From a virus (Duplodnaviria > Caudoviricetes): a stretch of DNA of 57,729 nucleotides. The stretch lies in IMG/VR virus record IMGVR_UViG_3300036853_000468, positions 1 to 57,729 of that record; one strand, given 5' to 3'. Under the pieces are notes generated by a model. It was not told the DNA's origin. It was given only the letters and a program-made list of their open reading frames with translations, and ran no database searches. Of the stretch, positions 1 to 8,933 are shown one piece after another (within the stretch, counting starts at the first letter, position 1; each line of letters opens with the position of its first letter). Both the position numbers and the translations under genes were made by a program.

Positions 1-1410
1 ATGAACTCGCTATTAAAACAGGAACGCATTAACCGCAGATGGTCACGTGCCTATGTTGAGAAGATTACCGGAATCCCTCAGAGGTCCCTTGAAAACTGGG
101 AAGAAGGGGGCATTATCCCTCGTCAAAATAACATTGAATTACTCTGTAGGCTGTACGACAAAACGCCGGAAGAGCTAGGATTCGGACAATCACATGATAT
201 AATGGGGATCACATTAACTGTTTATGCGCCACAGGAAGGTACTCCTATGTCCGATCTCATTCGTCGTGCGATGTTTAGCAATCTTGGGTCCAGGCTCACT
301 GGACTTATTGATACATGGCCCAAACGGAATTATCGTTACGAAGAGCTGCAAGGTGAGATTAATAAAGCGATCTTTGATCATCATGTACTTGCGCCTACCG
401 ATAACATTGCTCTCCTCTCCCGTCGTGAAGCACTCCAAAGCGTGGCCCTTGTCCCTGTACAGATGATATATGGTGTTGCCCCTATTGAAGTAGGAGGCAA
501 ACAGAAGACAGATACCGACCTGCTTCTCAAACATTGTGCAGCAGGGATTACCGCGTGCTGGTATCTGCTTCGTGGCAAGGAACTAAACTTTGTTAGCGAC
601 CTCATGTCCACCTATATCTCTCTTTTGCAACCGACTATCTGCTCGCATTCAGAAGCATACCGAAACGCATCGGCAACCCTGCTTTCCCAAAGCTTCAGGC
701 TCAGAGGCTCAATAACTGAGAGTGCCCTCAAAAAAGGCAGCCAGGCGATACCCTATTATCAGGAGTCTATCCGCTATGCACAGATAGCTGGCAATAGAGC
801 AGAGCAGGCCATTGCCAGTCGCATGATGGCCTTCTCTTATGAGGCACAGGGCATACAGGGGTATGAGCAAGCTTTGTCCTATGCGCAAGCAGCCTATGGG
901 CTTATGGAAAAGACCACGCCTAAATTCATTCGCAGTTTCATCACTTCTGGTCTCTCGCTGATGAGTGCCCGCAATGGGAATATGGACGACGCCATTCATG
1001 CACTCTCGGAAGCCCATGATCTGTTTGATCCAATGCAACGAGTACCATCGGTACTCTACGCTGAGTCGAATCTTCTTGCCATTTCAGCACATATATCCCA
1101 ACACTGTGGACAATGGGGGGAAGCAATCGATCTGTGCGAAAAGAGCCTCGTCACTCCTGATATTTCAGCACGGGGGAGCGTTCAGAGGCGTATTCAGTAC
1201 GCAAAGACGGAAGTGAGCCGTGATGATCAGCCTCGTGACATGGATCTCTGCATTAAGCTCCTGTCTGAGGTCGTTACCGGAGCCAAAGAACTGGATTGTA
1301 AACGGTATCAAGATGAAGCCAGTGAGGTCTATGACTTGCTTCGGATTGCGTGGCCACGTGAGGATGTCATAAAAACGCTTGGACGCGATTACTTTAGTCT
1401 CGCAAAATGA
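1..1410 (+). CDS. XRE-family HTH transcriptional regulator with C-terminal TPR-like helical repeats (RRNPP-like architecture)
   Basis: N-terminal Cro/CI HTH (LKQERINRRWS...SLENWEEG..P...LCRLYDKTPEELG); C-terminal Ala/Tyr-rich helical repeats (QAIPYYQESIRYA, EQALSYAQAAY, EAIDLCEKSL). Confidence 0.85.
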   Translation: MNSLLKQERINRRWSRAYVEKITGIPQRSLENWEEGGIIPRQNNIELLCRLYDKTPEELGFGQSHDIMGITLTVYAPQEGTPMSDLIRRAMFSNLGSRLTGLIDTWPKRNYRYEELQGEINKAIFDHHVLAPTDNIALLSRREALQSVALVPVQMIYGVAPIEVGGKQKTDTDLLLKHCAAGITACWYLLRGKELNFVSDLMSTYISLLQPTICSHSEAYRNASATLLSQSFRLRGSITESALKKGSQAIPYYQESIRYAQIAGNRAEQAIASRMMAFSYEAQGIQGYEQALSYAQAAYGLMEKTTPKFIRSFITSGLSLMSARNGNMDDAIHALSEAHDLFDPMQRVPSVLYAESNLLAISAHISQHCGQWGEAIDLCEKSLVTPDISARGSVQRRIQYAKTEVSRDDQPRDMDLCIKLLSEVVTGAKELDCKRYQDEASEVYDLLRIAWPREDVIKTLGRDYFSLAK

Positions 1411-1453
1411 GCAAGAGGAAAGCGAGTATTGACATAGTCAGTACCCGCTTCAT
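1394..1453 (-). CDS. Candidate 19-aa hydrophobic peptide MKRVLTMSILAFLLLILRD
   Basis: ATG at 1453, TAA at 1394; extended -10 TGCTATAAT at 1479-1487 (minus) upstream; weak RBS; overlaps the 3' end of gene 1-1410 convergently. Confidence 0.35.
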   Translation of the reverse strand: MKRVLTMSILAFLLLILRD

Positions 1454-1478
1454 TTTGCTGCAATTTCTCTACGCTGTG

Positions 1479-1487
1479 ATTATAGCA
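1479..1487 (-). promoter_or_regulatory. Extended -10 promoter element TGCTATAAT
   Basis: Perfect TGnTATAAT on the minus strand; identical copy at 1573-1581. Confidence 0.55.
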
Positions 1488-1488
1488 C

Positions 1489-1524
1489 AAAAGGGCCACT
1501 CACTTTTCGACAAGTGGCCCTTTT
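1489..1524. terminator. Bidirectional intrinsic terminator
   Basis: AAAAGGGCCACT...AGTGGCCCTTTT hairpin between convergent genes. Confidence 0.8.
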
Positions 1525-1572
1525 CATTCTTCGACTGGCCTGCGTTCTGACAATAATGTAGCACCCACACTG

Positions 1573-1581
1573 ATTATAGCA
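1573..1581 (-). promoter_or_regulatory. Extended -10 promoter element TGCTATAAT
   Basis: Perfect TGnTATAAT on the minus strand, just downstream of the DUF262 gene. Confidence 0.5.
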
Positions 1582-1600
1582 TACAACGGTCTCTCACCGC

Positions 1601-2698
1601 TCACGCCTGTGCTAATTGGCGCGTAATCCAGCTCTCTGATAGACCAAACAGAGACAGCACCGACGGAAGATATCTTTCCCAAAATGCGATTTGAGATGAC
1701 TCATGGAGCAACTGTTGTATCTGATTGGCATAGCTTGGCGTTCCTCCACGCTTGTATTCCGCCAGGACGTTCATCAGCCACGTAGCTAGCTTGCCTTTAT
1801 CAGAGGTCTGGATCTGATATCCTACCTGCTCGATGTATCCAATTGACTGATACATGGCAATCACCGCACTCCTCTGGGTGAAATGAGCACCATGATAGAT
1901 GGAACTCATTTGATCGAGCTTATGGAGCACGGTGTCCACAAGTGTCTCTGTGATCAGATGGTCATGCCGCCCACACGCCAGTGCATACATGTAGCCCCCA
2001 TTGTTTAGCTCAACGGTCAACTTGGGCATGGCCGCTTCCAGACCAATCAGATGCAAACTACTCTGGAAGACCTGTTCGCGTTTCCTGTCTCCATCATAAA
2101 AGTCCTCCCAGAAAGGATGCTGTTCAATCTGTTTGGCAGCATCTTTGGCACGGCTGATGTAGGAGTTGTACCGCTCAGCAGCGGTAAGTGGGACGTGGTT
2201 CTGAATACGCCGGAAACGCGTTGCAAGCTGCGTTTCCGACTTGTTGCGTACCTGAATGATCGTCAGTCGGTAATTGAGAAAGTAGTTTTTGGCAATCGGT
2301 GAGAGTTGGTCAAAGTACCTTCCTGGTTCAACCGGCGGGTCAGAATTTGGCTCAGCAATCGCTTTTTGTTGTGCTGTCCAGGTCTTGAACTCTCCTGCCA
2401 TAAATCTGAGTACGGAAGTCATCCTCTGATGGCCGTCGATCAGATACCAGAAGGATTCTCCCGTCTCACTAAAGGATTGGTATCCTTCCAATTGGGGGAC
2501 ACTTTCCCCAAGCAGGATGGTATCAATCAGGGCCTGGCGCTGGCGTCTGTACCAGACCTCCTGACGTTGAAATGACGGGATCACGATGTAGCGATGTGGT
2601 TCTGCCTGCAATTCTCGCATCGAGACATAGTAAGGCGGAAGTTGCTCCTGTGGGGAAGCAAACCGCTCCTCTCTGATACTGTTTTTCTGTTCTGTCAT
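1601..2698 (-). CDS. DUF262 (GmrS/ParB-like) domain protein
   Basis: IPSFQRQEVW, LIDTILLG..P and LIDGHQRMTS motifs. Confidence 0.85.
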   Translation of the reverse strand: MTEQKNSIREERFASPQEQLPPYYVSMRELQAEPHRYIVIPSFQRQEVWYRRQRQALIDTILLGESVPQLEGYQSFSETGESFWYLIDGHQRMTSVLRFMAGEFKTWTAQQKAIAEPNSDPPVEPGRYFDQLSPIAKNYFLNYRLTIIQVRNKSETQLATRFRRIQNHVPLTAAERYNSYISRAKDAAKQIEQHPFWEDFYDGDRKREQVFQSSLHLIGLEAAMPKLTVELNNGGYMYALACGRHDHLITETLVDTVLHKLDQMSSIYHGAHFTQRSAVIAMYQSIGYIEQVGYQIQTSDKGKLATWLMNVLAEYKRGGTPSYANQIQQLLHESSQIAFWERYLPSVLSLFGLSESWITRQLAQA

Positions 2699-2707
2699 GC
2701 GATTCTC

Positions 2708-3289
2708 CTAATTGGTTATACTTGACTCTGTTGTGACTCCCTGGCGGCCCGTCTCATCTCTGTGGACGAGTGCGGGCCTCCTCGTTCGTTTCAAATAGCG
2801 GGCAACCTGAGCCACCCGTTCGGCATCTTCTTTCGCAATAGCTACTAACTGGTAGCACTTCGAGCATAAAATGCCGTAGCGTTTTCCGGTATTGATGTTG
2901 ATATCACCACGAAGATTCCCGTTATTGGTGCCACACGCGGCACACGTCTCTTCTATCTTTTGTTTATGATTCTTGCATTTAATGCATTCTTTCCCTCTCC
3001 TCTCTTTATGTTTCCTCTCTGGATCGTCCAGATTAAAATATTCAGGAGTTGCGGGGTAGGATCGATGGCACTTAATGCACCGGATCTTCTGGTGTGGATC
3101 GCCTTTCGGAATAGGAGGCACCTCCTCTACAAGCCCCAGGCGCTTCAATCGTTTGAGGCGTGATCTTGCATTCAGGCACGTATGGCATTCACTGGAAAGC
3201 CCACTTTTGTTGCGGCTCGTCGTGAAAAACTCGCGTGTTGCGGGAAAGGAGTCCCCGCAACCAGTACATATTTTCATCTCCTCGCTCAT
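2708..3289 (-). CDS. Zinc-finger protein with degenerate endonuclease VII-like domain
   Basis: Two CxxC..[FY]PAT.E[FY]F repeats; C-terminal CAAC...D-I-N-I-NTGKRYGILCSKCY aligns with EndoVII CxxC..DHDH..G..RGLLCxxCN. Confidence 0.65.
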   Translation of the reverse strand: MSEEMKICTGCGDSFPATREFFTTSRNKSGLSSECHTCLNARSRLKRLKRLGLVEEVPPIPKGDPHQKIRCIKCHRSYPATPEYFNLDDPERKHKERRGKECIKCKNHKQKIEETCAACGTNNGNLRGDININTGKRYGILCSKCYQLVAIAKEDAERVAQVARYLKRTRRPALVHRDETGRQGVTTESSITN

Positions 3290-3594
3290 TCGTTACGGTC
3301 TCTCCTGATCAATGAAGACCTCTTCTCAATCTCTTCCAACTCTTCAGCAGTGATTGTGACCAGAGTCGGCTCGTCCATCGCAAGCAGGATAGTCTGCTCT
3401 TCCGTTGTCAGCTCAGAGACCTGCCATTCCCCTTTCTCGTCACGGACATAGATGATCTTGTCATGTAACGCTTTACTCTCAAGTTCAGCTAACTCCTCGC
3501 GACTGATCGTGAGTGCCAGCTCTAATTGACCAAGAATCCTCTGTAGTTCGATGTAGCGTTTAAGATTCACCGCCATAATGAGCCTCCAATACAT
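3286..3594 (-). CDS. Hypothetical protein
   Basis: ORF overlapping neighbours in the operon. Confidence 0.6.
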   Translation of the reverse strand: MYWRLIMAVNLKRYIELQRILGQLELALTISREELAELESKALHDKIIYVRDEKGEWQVSELTTEEQTILLAMDEPTLVTITAEELEEIEKRSSLIRRDRNE

Positions 3595-4240
3595 CTAATT
3601 CAGGGATAGTTGTTCCCCGCTTCGTGAGCTTATGGCTTTGGACAGGTCCGACCTCCGACACGAGCCATGCGCCACCGTTGAGCGCATTTCGTTGTGCAAC
3701 TCTGAGCCAACACAACAGGTAATCCCCCGTGGAAGCAAAGCCCGTTTTGAGGATGACTGCTGGTACGTGTTCCTTACCCTGCGCGAGGAATACTTTTGCC
3801 CCTACGCTCACATGGCCTTTTGTCGGCATTGGGGCAGGTGGGAACACCACTTCTACATCGGGCACCTTCTCCGAGAGTCGTCGTACTACCTCAGACAGAT
3901 GGCAATACCGATATTCCAGGCACGCGCACAAGAGGATGAGATCATGGCCTTCCTTGAGGTACCGCATCAATCCTTTGATTCCTATCTCAGGATTGACCAG
4001 TTCAATCTCACATTTTCCAGGGAACATCTGGTTGGACGGGTGCTTTGAATTGCCGAGGAATGCACCGGCCAGGTGATAGCGAGTCCCCCACCGCTTTACC
4101 AGAGCATCTTTCTGCCATTCATGCCTCCATGACCATGGGTTGATGCGGCAATCAATGAGGAGCATGTTGGAGGAACTCATGAGTTCCTGAACACGTGTCC
4201 CAGAGGGGTCCTGCTCGGTTCCGATGGGGTAGACCTTCAT
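3560..4240 (-). CDS. DUF488 family protein
   Basis: YPIG, LIDCR..P.S, LGN and LLC.C....CH motifs. Confidence 0.75.
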   Translation of the reverse strand: MKVYPIGTEQDPSGTRVQELMSSSNMLLIDCRINPWSWRHEWQKDALVKRWGTRYHLAGAFLGNSKHPSNQMFPGKCEIELVNPEIGIKGLMRYLKEGHDLILLCACLEYRYCHLSEVVRRLSEKVPDVEVVFPPAPMPTKGHVSVGAKVFLAQGKEHVPAVILKTGFASTGDYLLCWLRVAQRNALNGGAWLVSEVGPVQSHKLTKRGTTIPELDVLEAHYGGES

Positions 4241-4470
4241 TCTATTGCCTCAAATTTCGACACAATCAATGCTACTAGTTCGTTTTGTCCCATCATTGCT
4301 ACCTCTTCGATTGTTCCAAGGTTGCGCCGCTTGCGCTTGCTCCCACGCGTCACAGCAGAAACATAGATTGTTTCTGTCCCATCAGATTTCTGGCTGATAT
4401 AAGATGGAAACTGCACATTATAGCCTTGCGCCTTGATGATACGCTCAATATCTTCTCTGGTCATTGCCAA
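4237..4470 (-). CDS. Hypothetical protein
   Basis: ORF with ATGA coupling to the downstream gene. Confidence 0.6.
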   Translation of the reverse strand: MAMTREDIERIIKAQGYNVQFPSYISQKSDGTETIYVSAVTRGSKRKRRNLGTIEEVAMMGQNELVALIVSKFEAIE

Positions 4471-4479
4471 AAAATCCTT

Positions 4480-4734
4480 TCAAGATAGGCAAGGAGTAAC
4501 GGTTTCCTGTTTCCTCTTTCTCCGAAGCTTCCATTGCACAAGAAATTCGTTCGCGTGTGCCTCGCATATCCCGTGTGATCCCTCACCAGGCGCAAGTCCT
4601 TGCTCAGCGAGGCACCAGGCACACGGTGGAATAGCACATCCTCTTGAAAGCACTGCTATAATGCTCTCAGGGGATTCGATAGCTGACTGATTTTGCATGA
4701 AATCCCTCTTATGGAGCAGGCTGTGTTGCTGCAT
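4480..4734 (-). CDS. Hypothetical protein with CxWC...HGICxxH zinc motif
   Basis: CAWC...SHGICEAH. Confidence 0.6.
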   Translation of the reverse strand: MQQHSLLHKRDFMQNQSAIESPESIIAVLSRGCAIPPCAWCLAEQGLAPGEGSHGICEAHANEFLVQWKLRRKRKQETVTPCLS

Positions 4735-4743
4735 AGTCTGTTC

Positions 4744-4920
4744 CTATTTCAACTGTGGTATTACTTCTTCCGCATCCTTTTGTAACTTTTCCCCATTCAC
4801 AATCCATGCACCAATCTCAGCAAGAGGCGCATCCTGAAGAAGACGCCCTACTTTGAGATGATGATGATATCGCTCGACTAATTCGCGTAGTTGAGCATTT
4901 TCTCGCTCTAACTCTTCCAT
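4744..4920 (-). CDS. Hypothetical coiled-coil protein
   Basis: AAAGGAG repeats upstream favour the MEELE start at 4920. Confidence 0.55.
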   Translation of the reverse strand: MEELERENAQLRELVERYHHHLKVGRLLQDAPLAEIGAWIVNGEKLQKDAEEVIPQLK

Positions 4921-4934
4921 CTCCTTTCTCCTTT

Positions 4935-4961
4935 CACTTCGATCTACACCATACAACATCG
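4935..4961 (-). promoter_or_regulatory. Conserved promoter/operator, inverted copy of 8195-8221
   Basis: 24/27 identity to the reverse complement of 8195-8221. Confidence 0.6.
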
Positions 4962-5104
4962 GTGAACTTCAAGCAACGTCATCCTATATCGTCCTACGAC
5001 ATTGATCGAAGTAGAGCGAAGTGATATGATTCGACTCTATGGTGCTAGCCCAAGCCTCTTTTCATCATGCCCACGGGTGATATGGAGCTAGAAAGAATAG
5101 CCTT

Positions 5105-5542
5105 ATGCATGCGAGGAAGATTTCTAACAAAAATATCCTGTTAAGGGCAACGCTCAAATTGCCACCTGGAATCAATCACTCCTACAAGATTGTGCGAGTG
5201 CGCACGAGGACCGGCATGCTCCGTCATCGTCTGGCGGCGACTCCAAAGCTCATACTCTTCAAAAAAGAGGCAAAAGAGTGCCTTTCTGCCGCATATAAGA
5301 ACTGGATGATGATTAAAGACACACGGGCAAACAAACGGGAATTATCCGTGCGACTTGCTCTCTATTATCCCGATGCCCGCAGGCGTGATATCGATGGGCC
5401 GATTAAGGCAGTACTTGATGCGGCATTTTGTTCCATTTCCCTCGATGACCGCCTGGTGGTTGAACTGCATGTGAGTAAGTACATTGATCGCGCTAATCCA
5501 CGATGTGAGATCAGTGTCAGCCTTGCGGAAGAGGAACGCTGA
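5105..5542 (+). CDS. rusA: RusA-family Holliday junction resolvase
   Basis: LPPGINH, RRRDIDG..KAVLDA, LDDRLVVEL, NPRCEI. Confidence 0.9.
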   Translation: MHARKISNKNILLRATLKLPPGINHSYKIVRVRTRTGMLRHRLAATPKLILFKKEAKECLSAAYKNWMMIKDTRANKRELSVRLALYYPDARRRDIDGPIKAVLDAAFCSISLDDRLVVELHVSKYIDRANPRCEISVSLAEEER

Positions 5543-7932
5543 TGAAAATCAACAAAGCTGAAATTGAGCGTGCGTATAGATTACTGTTTGCGCAGGGTCA
5601 AGTGGTTGAGCTACGGGCACTCAAGGCGACAATAGAGCATGGATCATCCTATCCAGCAACCTATGGGGGCTACTTCAATAATGTGGAGGCTTTGCTCACG
5701 GCCCTCCGCCGCGTACAATCTGCCAAAGGGGTCTATGTTACGCTTCAAGTCTGTAATCCTGACCTGCTTCACCGAACCTATAACGAGCTGGTCAAACAAG
5801 ATAGCGGTATGGCAACATCGGATAAAGACATCCTTTGCTACCGCTGGCTCCTGATCGACAGTGACCCAAACCGCTCGGTGTCCGATATCTCCTCAACTGA
5901 GAGAGAACATGCGGATGCTTTAGCGCATAGCCGGATGATTGCAGAGGACCTCGCGCGGCGTGGCTGGCCAGCGCCCATCGTGGCGGATAGTGGCAACGGG
6001 GGACATCTGCTCTATCGTATTGATTTACCAGTCTCGGATAAGCCCCTGGTCGAGCGCACACTCAAAGGGCTGGCATCGCTCTATGATACGCCTGGTGTGC
6101 ATGTGGATCAAACCGTCTTCAACCCCGCACGCATTTGTAAGTTGTACGGCACCCTCGCTTGTAAGGGAGCCGATACCCCAGAGCGTCCGCACCGGGGGGC
6201 GCGATTGCGCGATATTCCTGAGAGCCAAGAGAGTGTCCCCAAAGAGCTGCTTGATACGATTGCACAACCTTTGCGAACAGATTCTCCTGTAAAACTTCCC
6301 GATGGCATAAAGGAAGGTTTCACCGCAGAGGCGTTTATCCAGAGGCATGCTATTGAGACTTATGGGCCGCAGCCCTATGAAGATGGGACAAGGTGGAACC
6401 TAAAAGCGTGTGTCTGGGACCCCTCGCACACTGATTCAAGTGCATGTATCTACCAATTTGCCGACGGGCGTTTAGGCGCTAGCTGTAGTCACAATGGATG
6501 CAAGGGCAAGGGTTGGCGCGAGTTCAGGATGGCGTTTGAGCCTGATGCGTATAGCAAGCCATCCACAAAAACAAGTGGGGATCTTTGGCTTGCCTCCTAC
6601 GATGCCGATGATGCTGGCAACGGGGACGCGGTCTTTACGCTCTATGGGCAGGATTTTCTCTGGTGTAGTTCGCGTGGCTGGTTCGTGTGGAGTGGGACAC
6701 ATTGGCAACTGGACATAGATGGATGTGCCGTTAAGAGACGTACAGTCGAGACACTTAGACGACGCAGGCATGCAGCAGTTGACGCAGGACGAGAGGCAGT
6801 GATCACCGCAACGAAAGCTGACGATAAGCGGGTCAACGGGGCGGTCAACCGCTTCAAGACCCTCGTCTCAGTTGCTATTGAAGAGTTTGACCGTAATCCT
6901 GACTTGCTTAACTGCAAGTCAGGTGTAGTGGATCTGAGGACGGGAGAGCTGGCACCACACGACCGTAAACAACGTTTCACCTACTGCGTTGGGGTGCCGT
7001 ATGGGGAAGCGGATTACACCGAGTGGCTGGAATATCTTGAGGGAGTTATCGGTGGCGGGTATGAAGTCGTGGACTACCTCCAGATGCTCTGTGGGTATAG
7101 CCTGACTGGTCACACAAGAGAGGAGATCCTGATCTATCTTCATGGCCCCACGCGTTCAGGAAAAGGCACATTTGCAGAGACCTTCATGGCACTACTACCT
7201 GATCCCCTCGCGACAATGGTTGACTTCAATTCCTTCACCGCAAAACGTGAAGGAGATGTCAGCAACTTCGACCTCGCTCCGCTCAAACCCGCTCGTATGA
7301 TCTTTGCGAGCGAGTCTCAGCGAGACCAGAGCTTGAACCCCGCAAAAATCAAGCAGTTGACGGGTGGAGACCAGATTAGGGCCTGCTTCAAACATCGGGA
7401 CTTCTTCAGTTACCGGCCTCAGTTCAAGGTCTGGATGCTTTCAAACCACCCCTGCAATGGTGATCCTGAGGATGATGCGCTGTGGGGGCGTGTGCGAGTA
7501 ATTGAATTTCCAAAGAGCTTCCTGGGCGTAGAGGATAAGAGCAAGAAAGAGAGACTCAGAGATCCTGATGTGCTGCAAGGCGTCTTGTGGTGGGCGGTGC
7601 AGGGGGCGATGAGGTGGCACGAGCTGGGACCAAAGGGTTTGTTAACCCCTGAGATTGTGGCGAAGACAACACAGGAACATCGGGATGAGCTGGATTACGT
7701 CGGAGCGTGGCTTGATGAATGCGGAAATGATCAGACCGACGGGTGGACGCCTAATGAGATCGTGACAGCAAGTTACACGGGTTGGTGCAAGAACAACAAT
7801 ATCCAGTATCTCAAAGGCCCAAAAGCACTTGCGCAGAGTCTCAAGGCAAAAGGATACAGCCCTGGCGTGGTGAAGTGGATCAATGGGAAAGCCAAGCGGG
7901 GCGTTGCTGGTCTTTACATTTTCGATGAATGA
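5542..7932 (+). CDS. Phage/plasmid P4-family primase with D5-like SF3 helicase
   Basis: Primase-type LIDSDP and DSGNGGH motifs; D5-N (LLNCKSGVVDLRTG); Walker A GPTRSGKGT; IKQLTGGD; SNH; RVRVIEF. Confidence 0.92.
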   Translation: MKINKAEIERAYRLLFAQGQVVELRALKATIEHGSSYPATYGGYFNNVEALLTALRRVQSAKGVYVTLQVCNPDLLHRTYNELVKQDSGMATSDKDILCYRWLLIDSDPNRSVSDISSTEREHADALAHSRMIAEDLARRGWPAPIVADSGNGGHLLYRIDLPVSDKPLVERTLKGLASLYDTPGVHVDQTVFNPARICKLYGTLACKGADTPERPHRGARLRDIPESQESVPKELLDTIAQPLRTDSPVKLPDGIKEGFTAEAFIQRHAIETYGPQPYEDGTRWNLKACVWDPSHTDSSACIYQFADGRLGASCSHNGCKGKGWREFRMAFEPDAYSKPSTKTSGDLWLASYDADDAGNGDAVFTLYGQDFLWCSSRGWFVWSGTHWQLDIDGCAVKRRTVETLRRRRHAAVDAGREAVITATKADDKRVNGAVNRFKTLVSVAIEEFDRNPDLLNCKSGVVDLRTGELAPHDRKQRFTYCVGVPYGEADYTEWLEYLEGVIGGGYEVVDYLQMLCGYSLTGHTREEILIYLHGPTRSGKGTFAETFMALLPDPLATMVDFNSFTAKREGDVSNFDLAPLKPARMIFASESQRDQSLNPAKIKQLTGGDQIRACFKHRDFFSYRPQFKVWMLSNHPCNGDPEDDALWGRVRVIEFPKSFLGVEDKSKKERLRDPDVLQGVLWWAVQGAMRWHELGPKGLLTPEIVAKTTQEHRDELDYVGAWLDECGNDQTDGWTPNEIVTASYTGWCKNNNIQYLKGPKALAQSLKAKGYSPGVVKWINGKAKRGVAGLYIFDE

Positions 7933-8108
7933 AGTGTAAGGATTGATGTAAACTGCCTTCTAGAGAGGTTTGATAGACCTTACACTTGCGCGTGAATGAA
8001 GTGTAAGGCTCCTTACACTTACACTTCTTACGGGTGATTCCCTCTTATTTTTTCTTTGTTTCTATAGAGAGAAACCCTGAATGAAGTGTAAGAAGTGTAA
8101 GTGTAAGG
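7927..8108. repeat. Iteron cluster, putative replication origin of the primase module
   Basis: GAATGAAGTGTAAG at 7927, 7994 and 8079; inverted CCTTACACTT at 7978 and 8011; perfect 21-bp inverted repeat 8011-8031 / 8088-8108 around a T-rich spacer. Confidence 0.8.
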
Positions 8109-8194
8109 CTTTGTCCAGACCTCTCTCTTGTTGTGATCAGGCAAAATGGAAAGAGAGTGATAAAAGACGGGCAACATCGTTTAACTACATAGAA

Positions 8195-8221
8195 CGATGT
8201 TGTATGATGTGGAGCGAAGTG
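8195..8221 (+). promoter_or_regulatory. Promoter (-10 TATGAT) / operator
   Basis: Inverted copy of 4935-4961; preceded by the CAACATCG...CGATGTTG palindrome. Confidence 0.6.
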
Positions 8222-8262
8222 GTGCGATCTTATTTGAAGGTGAATGAAAAGGAAGAAAGAAT

Positions 8263-8568
8263 ATGGCAGAAGAACAAGAGATCCCGCTTGGGGAAAGAAC
8301 AATCTTCGTAACAACTCGCGATGGGCAAGTTCCAGTCACTGTCTATAGAACCAGCGACAAGCAGGATTGGATGACCACACACATGTCTCACCTCTATATG
8401 TCTTGCACGCCATACGTGCGAGACATGAAGATTAAGCAGTGGGAAGCAGAGGGAAAACTCAAGCGCAGTAAAATTAAAGGAAAGGCGCTGTATATTCGCC
8501 TTGTCGACCTCAACTGGATGAGGGATGAAATACACAGCGCCAAAGAGGTTCCTACTGAGGAAAACTAA
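8263..8568 (+). CDS. Putative MerR/excisionase-like DNA-binding protein
   Basis: WMT....HLYM...IKQWEAEGKLKRSKI....YIRLVDL resembles HTH_17. Confidence 0.55.
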   Translation: MAEEQEIPLGERTIFVTTRDGQVPVTVYRTSDKQDWMTTHMSHLYMSCTPYVRDMKIKQWEAEGKLKRSKIKGKALYIRLVDLNWMRDEIHSAKEVPTEEN

Positions 8569-8812
8569 CTCCGAGCCAATTCCAGAAAAAAGGAGAAGCT
8601 TCTTGAACAAGAGCAATAAGCTGCTGTGGAGAGTACTCAATCGCAGCAGCAGAGGAGGAAGCTGCTGCGTTGGAGACTGCGAACACAACGTGAGCCGCCC
8701 TGTCTGCTGTTTGTCGTATGGCTGTGAGAGTTATTTGTCTATCTCCTAATTCGATGAAAAATCCGCACTCTAGGGAATTTAGTACTACTTGAATTCTATT
8801 CTCTGAGTTCAT
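8552..8812 (-). CDS. Hypothetical protein (start MNSENRIQ)
   Basis: GGAGG RBS 5 nt before the ATG at 8812. Confidence 0.55.
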   Translation of the reverse strand: MNSENRIQVVLNSLECGFFIELGDRQITLTAIRQTADRAAHVVFAVSNAAASSSAAAIEYSPQQLIALVQEASPFFWNWLGVSFPQ

Positions 8813-8912
8813 GTTGTCCTCCGCTACACGCGAATAAAAACAAGAAGCAATCCTCCCTCTCGAATCATTGTAAAGCCCGACAACAAAAGTTATACAAGAC
8901 TGGTGCCCTGAC

Positions 8913-8933
8913 TTTTCCACAAAGTTATCCACA
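8913..8933 (+). promoter_or_regulatory. Tandem DnaA boxes
   Basis: TTTTCCACA (8913-8921) and perfect TTATCCACA (8925-8933), 3 bp apart. Confidence 0.55.

Noticed and set aside
8045-8314. ORFs 8081-8311 (MKCKKCKCK) and 8045-8314
   Set aside because: By-products of the iteron and promoter sequence
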